Assembly (NCBI GenBank): GCA_026914245.1
Contig: CP110440.1
Coordinates: 1,054,001 to 1,118,000 of the forward strand
Direction of reading: 5' to 3'
Length of the DNA: 64,000 bases
Origin: Puccinia triticina
Taxonomy: Eukaryota
Position numbers and translations under genes: made by a program. Positions 61,287-64,000 of this stretch are shown one piece after another. Each line of letters begins with the position of its first letter. The stretch's first letter is position 1. Under the pieces are notes generated by a model. The model saw only the letters and a program-made list of their open reading frames with translations. It made no database searches and was not told the origin of the DNA.

Positions 61287-63390
61287 GCACCTCCAGGGTC
61301 ACTGTGTTAAGCCCACCTGCCCCGCATGCCACCAAGGCCCAAACACCTGTTGCCAACATAAACCAAGTGACCAACCTCATATTTACAAATAAGGCTGCTG
61401 TTATAATTTGGAGGTCAAATTTTCAGCTTCTCCTTTCCCAGTGCTTGCAGATGTGTAAATCAAATGAGAAAAATGAAATTGGAAAGATCAAAATGAAAGA
61501 AGATAACAATCATACTTCTCTTGATTAATTCAGCTTTTTGACAGGAGCTTGCTTTGATGAACTTCAGTATCATACACGTGCTCTCATTGAAGGCTTTATT
61601 AATCTCCCTCATTCTCACAAGTTCAGTTTCACTTCAAAAAAGAGGTATCTGGTCAGGCGCAAAATTCCTCTTTTGTGTTCCCTCACTCAAGAAATTGTTC
61701 AAATGGGAGGGATTAAAGTTGAATTAAAAGTCAATTGGTAGAAAGATAATTTAAGAGGCTGGCAATAAAACAGAGCAGTGAAAATCCCCAATCATTTGTA
61801 GCAGCCCTTTAGCTCTTCAGGCAGGGAGACTCAAAAGAAAAGTAGTAACTATCCAACACCCCTTCTCACATGACCATAGTATTTTGCTTAGCAAAATTCA
61901 ATCATTTGCATTTGCCCCTTAGTAGCCTGCTAAACCCAAGGAAACAAGCTCTTCTCACTTCGCCGTTGCTCTTGTCATCACTTGTGAACGGGGGTGGGGG
62001 CAAGGAGGGCTGCGGGGTGGGTGTGTTGGCTGGCGGCTGGGGCGAAGAGTTCCGTTGGCACTTTGATGTCAAGGGTTGGACCTCGCAGCCAGGGCCCAAA
62101 ATGTTCAGCTTGGCCCATACGGTCATCTGGGCAAGACAGCCACTCAACCAGTTTGTTATTGTGGGCTTTTGATGTCCATTCACCTGGAAATTTAGTCAAA
62201 ACCTTCTCGAGAATCAGATCCGAGCCGGCTCGTCTCAGACCTGTCCAGCCACTGTCCAATCTCCAGATTGGGACATAGATTTTTCAAGGCCACTGATGGT
62301 TCGCCACCGTTGCCTCCTTGGTACAGAGTTAGAAATTGGTGTGGTTAATGAAAATTGTGCTCCTTGTTGGTCGGTGGCGCAAGGAGGCATGGGAAAAAGT
62401 CAATGAAACGATTCATCATAACTTTACAAGTTCAAGCGTATGAGCTCATCTTTTGTGAGCAAGGTGCCCGGTTGAGTCAAAGCGGGGCTCCAGGGCCTTC
62501 ATGGGCAGCGAAGTGGAGATTGCGCAGCCTTGAGAGGCAAGCCTATTGGCAAGGCCTTAGATCCGGTTGTAAGGGAAACAACCAAATTTTTGCGCCAGGG
62601 AGGAAGTAGAGAGGCTGGGGAGAACACAATGGAGACTTCCAATGCCTACATACCGGGCTCCCCAATCAGAAACCCTTGTTTCTGGTACAAGAAACCTTTT
62701 ACCGTTTGGTCGACCGTCGAGAGGGTTAATTGTTGGAACTGCAGGTTTCAAGAGGAATTACATGACATAAGCTGCAAATAAATGAGACGCAAACACCTTA
62801 ATGAGGGGGGAAGAACACATACTGAGACAGGTTCCAAGCTTCAAAGATGAAACTTGTACAAAAATGGTTGAGGCCTCCGAACCAAGCATGAGGAAAGAAT
62901 GAGCAGCGGGGGAAAACATACATATAAGCTGCCCCCCTCTCAAGAATTCAATCCCACAGCTCGGATCCCCTGTTGCAATTGCACAGGTTGAACCAAGCTT
63001 GTCCTTGCCCCCTCCACCATTGCACTTGCATAGGTTTGAGGGTGAAAAAAATAACCTTTGAGTCCAATATTGCGCTGCCTCTGGCTGGACCTCCTTGCAT
63101 CAACCCCCTCCATCAATTTCATTTGAAGTTGACCCAAGGCAAGAAAGTTCCCCTGCTGCACTTGCGCAGGTTGAACAACACCAAAAAATCTGAATTAAAA
63201 AACCTTGAGGGCAAGCCCAGGTGTCAATTTTTGCCCCCCTCTGTCCCCTTGCATTTGCAACAGGCCCAAGGGGGTGAAGCCAGCCACTTTTCATCCATGT
63301 TTCATGAATTGGGAGGCCAGTCCAAGGCATACACTTCCAGTGGTGAATAGGGGTAAAATTGGCCGTAGAATTCATTTCTGAGGTCCATTT

Positions 63391-63605
63391 TAGAGATGGC
63401 CATTGGCACCCGCTGGCGCGTACCCGCCACTCTTTAGCAGGTAGCTATCTGCCCCTACAGGCAACCATGGCGGGTGCAAAGCTACATGCTTGACTTTTTT
63501 ACCAAAATTCAACGCCCCAAGCCTGCTTGCTGGCACTTACCAGGGCATAAAGGACCTGCTGAAGAGTGGCGGGTACCCGCCAGCGGGTGCCAATGGCCCT
63601 CTCTA
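63391..63605. mobile_element. hAT MITE
   Basis: TAGAGATGGCCATTGGCACCCGCTGGCG ... GGCCCTCTCTA. 8-bp TSD GTCCATTT. Confidence 0.92.
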
Positions 63606-64000
63606 GTCCATTTGGTGGTATATTGAGGCCTAGGGTGAGTAAATATATGTATGAGAAAAAACTTTTGATTTTCACTTTTCCATCTACCACACCGGTCAAG
63701 GAGGTGTACACACCTCTGGGCGGAGGGATCGCTCCGCTTGAGTTGGTATGTACACCTCCCACCTCTTCAAATGGAGAGATCCCTCCCATCCATCTGGCCC
63801 ACCAAGATGGGAGGGTACCTGTTTTTTTCCTGCCCAAAAACTGAACACTCGCACCCGCACCCGGCACCCGCCAGCAGGTGCTGAGCGGGTGTTCCGGGTA
63901 CCTGCTGGCGGGTGCCGGGTACCCGCAAACGGGTACCCAAGTGCCATCTCTACAGCTAATTAGCTATAGCAGTCAGCTAATTGGCTGTAATTTAGCTGTA

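Larger units (their letters stand above)
45835..63952. mobile_element. Putative hAT composite (macro)transposon, 18.1 kb, carrying the FunK1 gene
   Basis: Outer TIRs TAGAGATGGC (45835) and GCCATCTCTA (63952) are both flanked by CAGCTAAT. Inner hAT ends at 45999 and 60781 have unrelated flanks. Confidence 0.7.
60781..63952. mobile_element. Right-hand hAT element of the composite, expanded by insertions
   Basis: 5' end TAGAGATGGCCCCTGGTACCCG at 60781 and 3' end at 63952. Pairing of these two ends is inferred. Confidence 0.55.

Overview
Repeat-dominated eukaryotic DNA, most likely from a rust fungus (Pucciniales, Puccinia-like). This is inferred from short GT-AG introns, a FunK1 kinase, TpCpG-biased decay of repeats and the transposon families present. 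Only three apparently intact host genes were found, all on +: a sorting nexin-3 (31169-32301), S-adenosylmethionine decarboxylase SPE2 (42659-44114) and a FunK1 fungal-type kinase (56686-58957). The rest is nested mobile DNA whose ends could mostly be fixed by target-site duplications (TSDs): two full-length but degenerate Ty3/Gypsy elements, several solo LTRs, non-autonomous CACTA/CACC, hAT, Harbinger-like and 7-bp-TSD (P-like) elements, two Helitron-type 3' ends and a 173-bp satellite/foldback. Best leads: (1) an 18-kb hAT-bounded composite unit with a shared outer 8-bp TSD that carries the FunK1 gene; (2) a Gypsy whose primer-binding site is a 50-nt copy of spliced, CCA-bearing tRNA-Tyr (nt 27-76); (3) an ~80-nt motif conserved at the nucleotide level in five dispersed copies in that Gypsy; (4) a structured, uORF-containing SPE2 leader; (5) a Pack-type element carrying host gene fragments. 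All alignments and counts were done by eye, and no database search was run.
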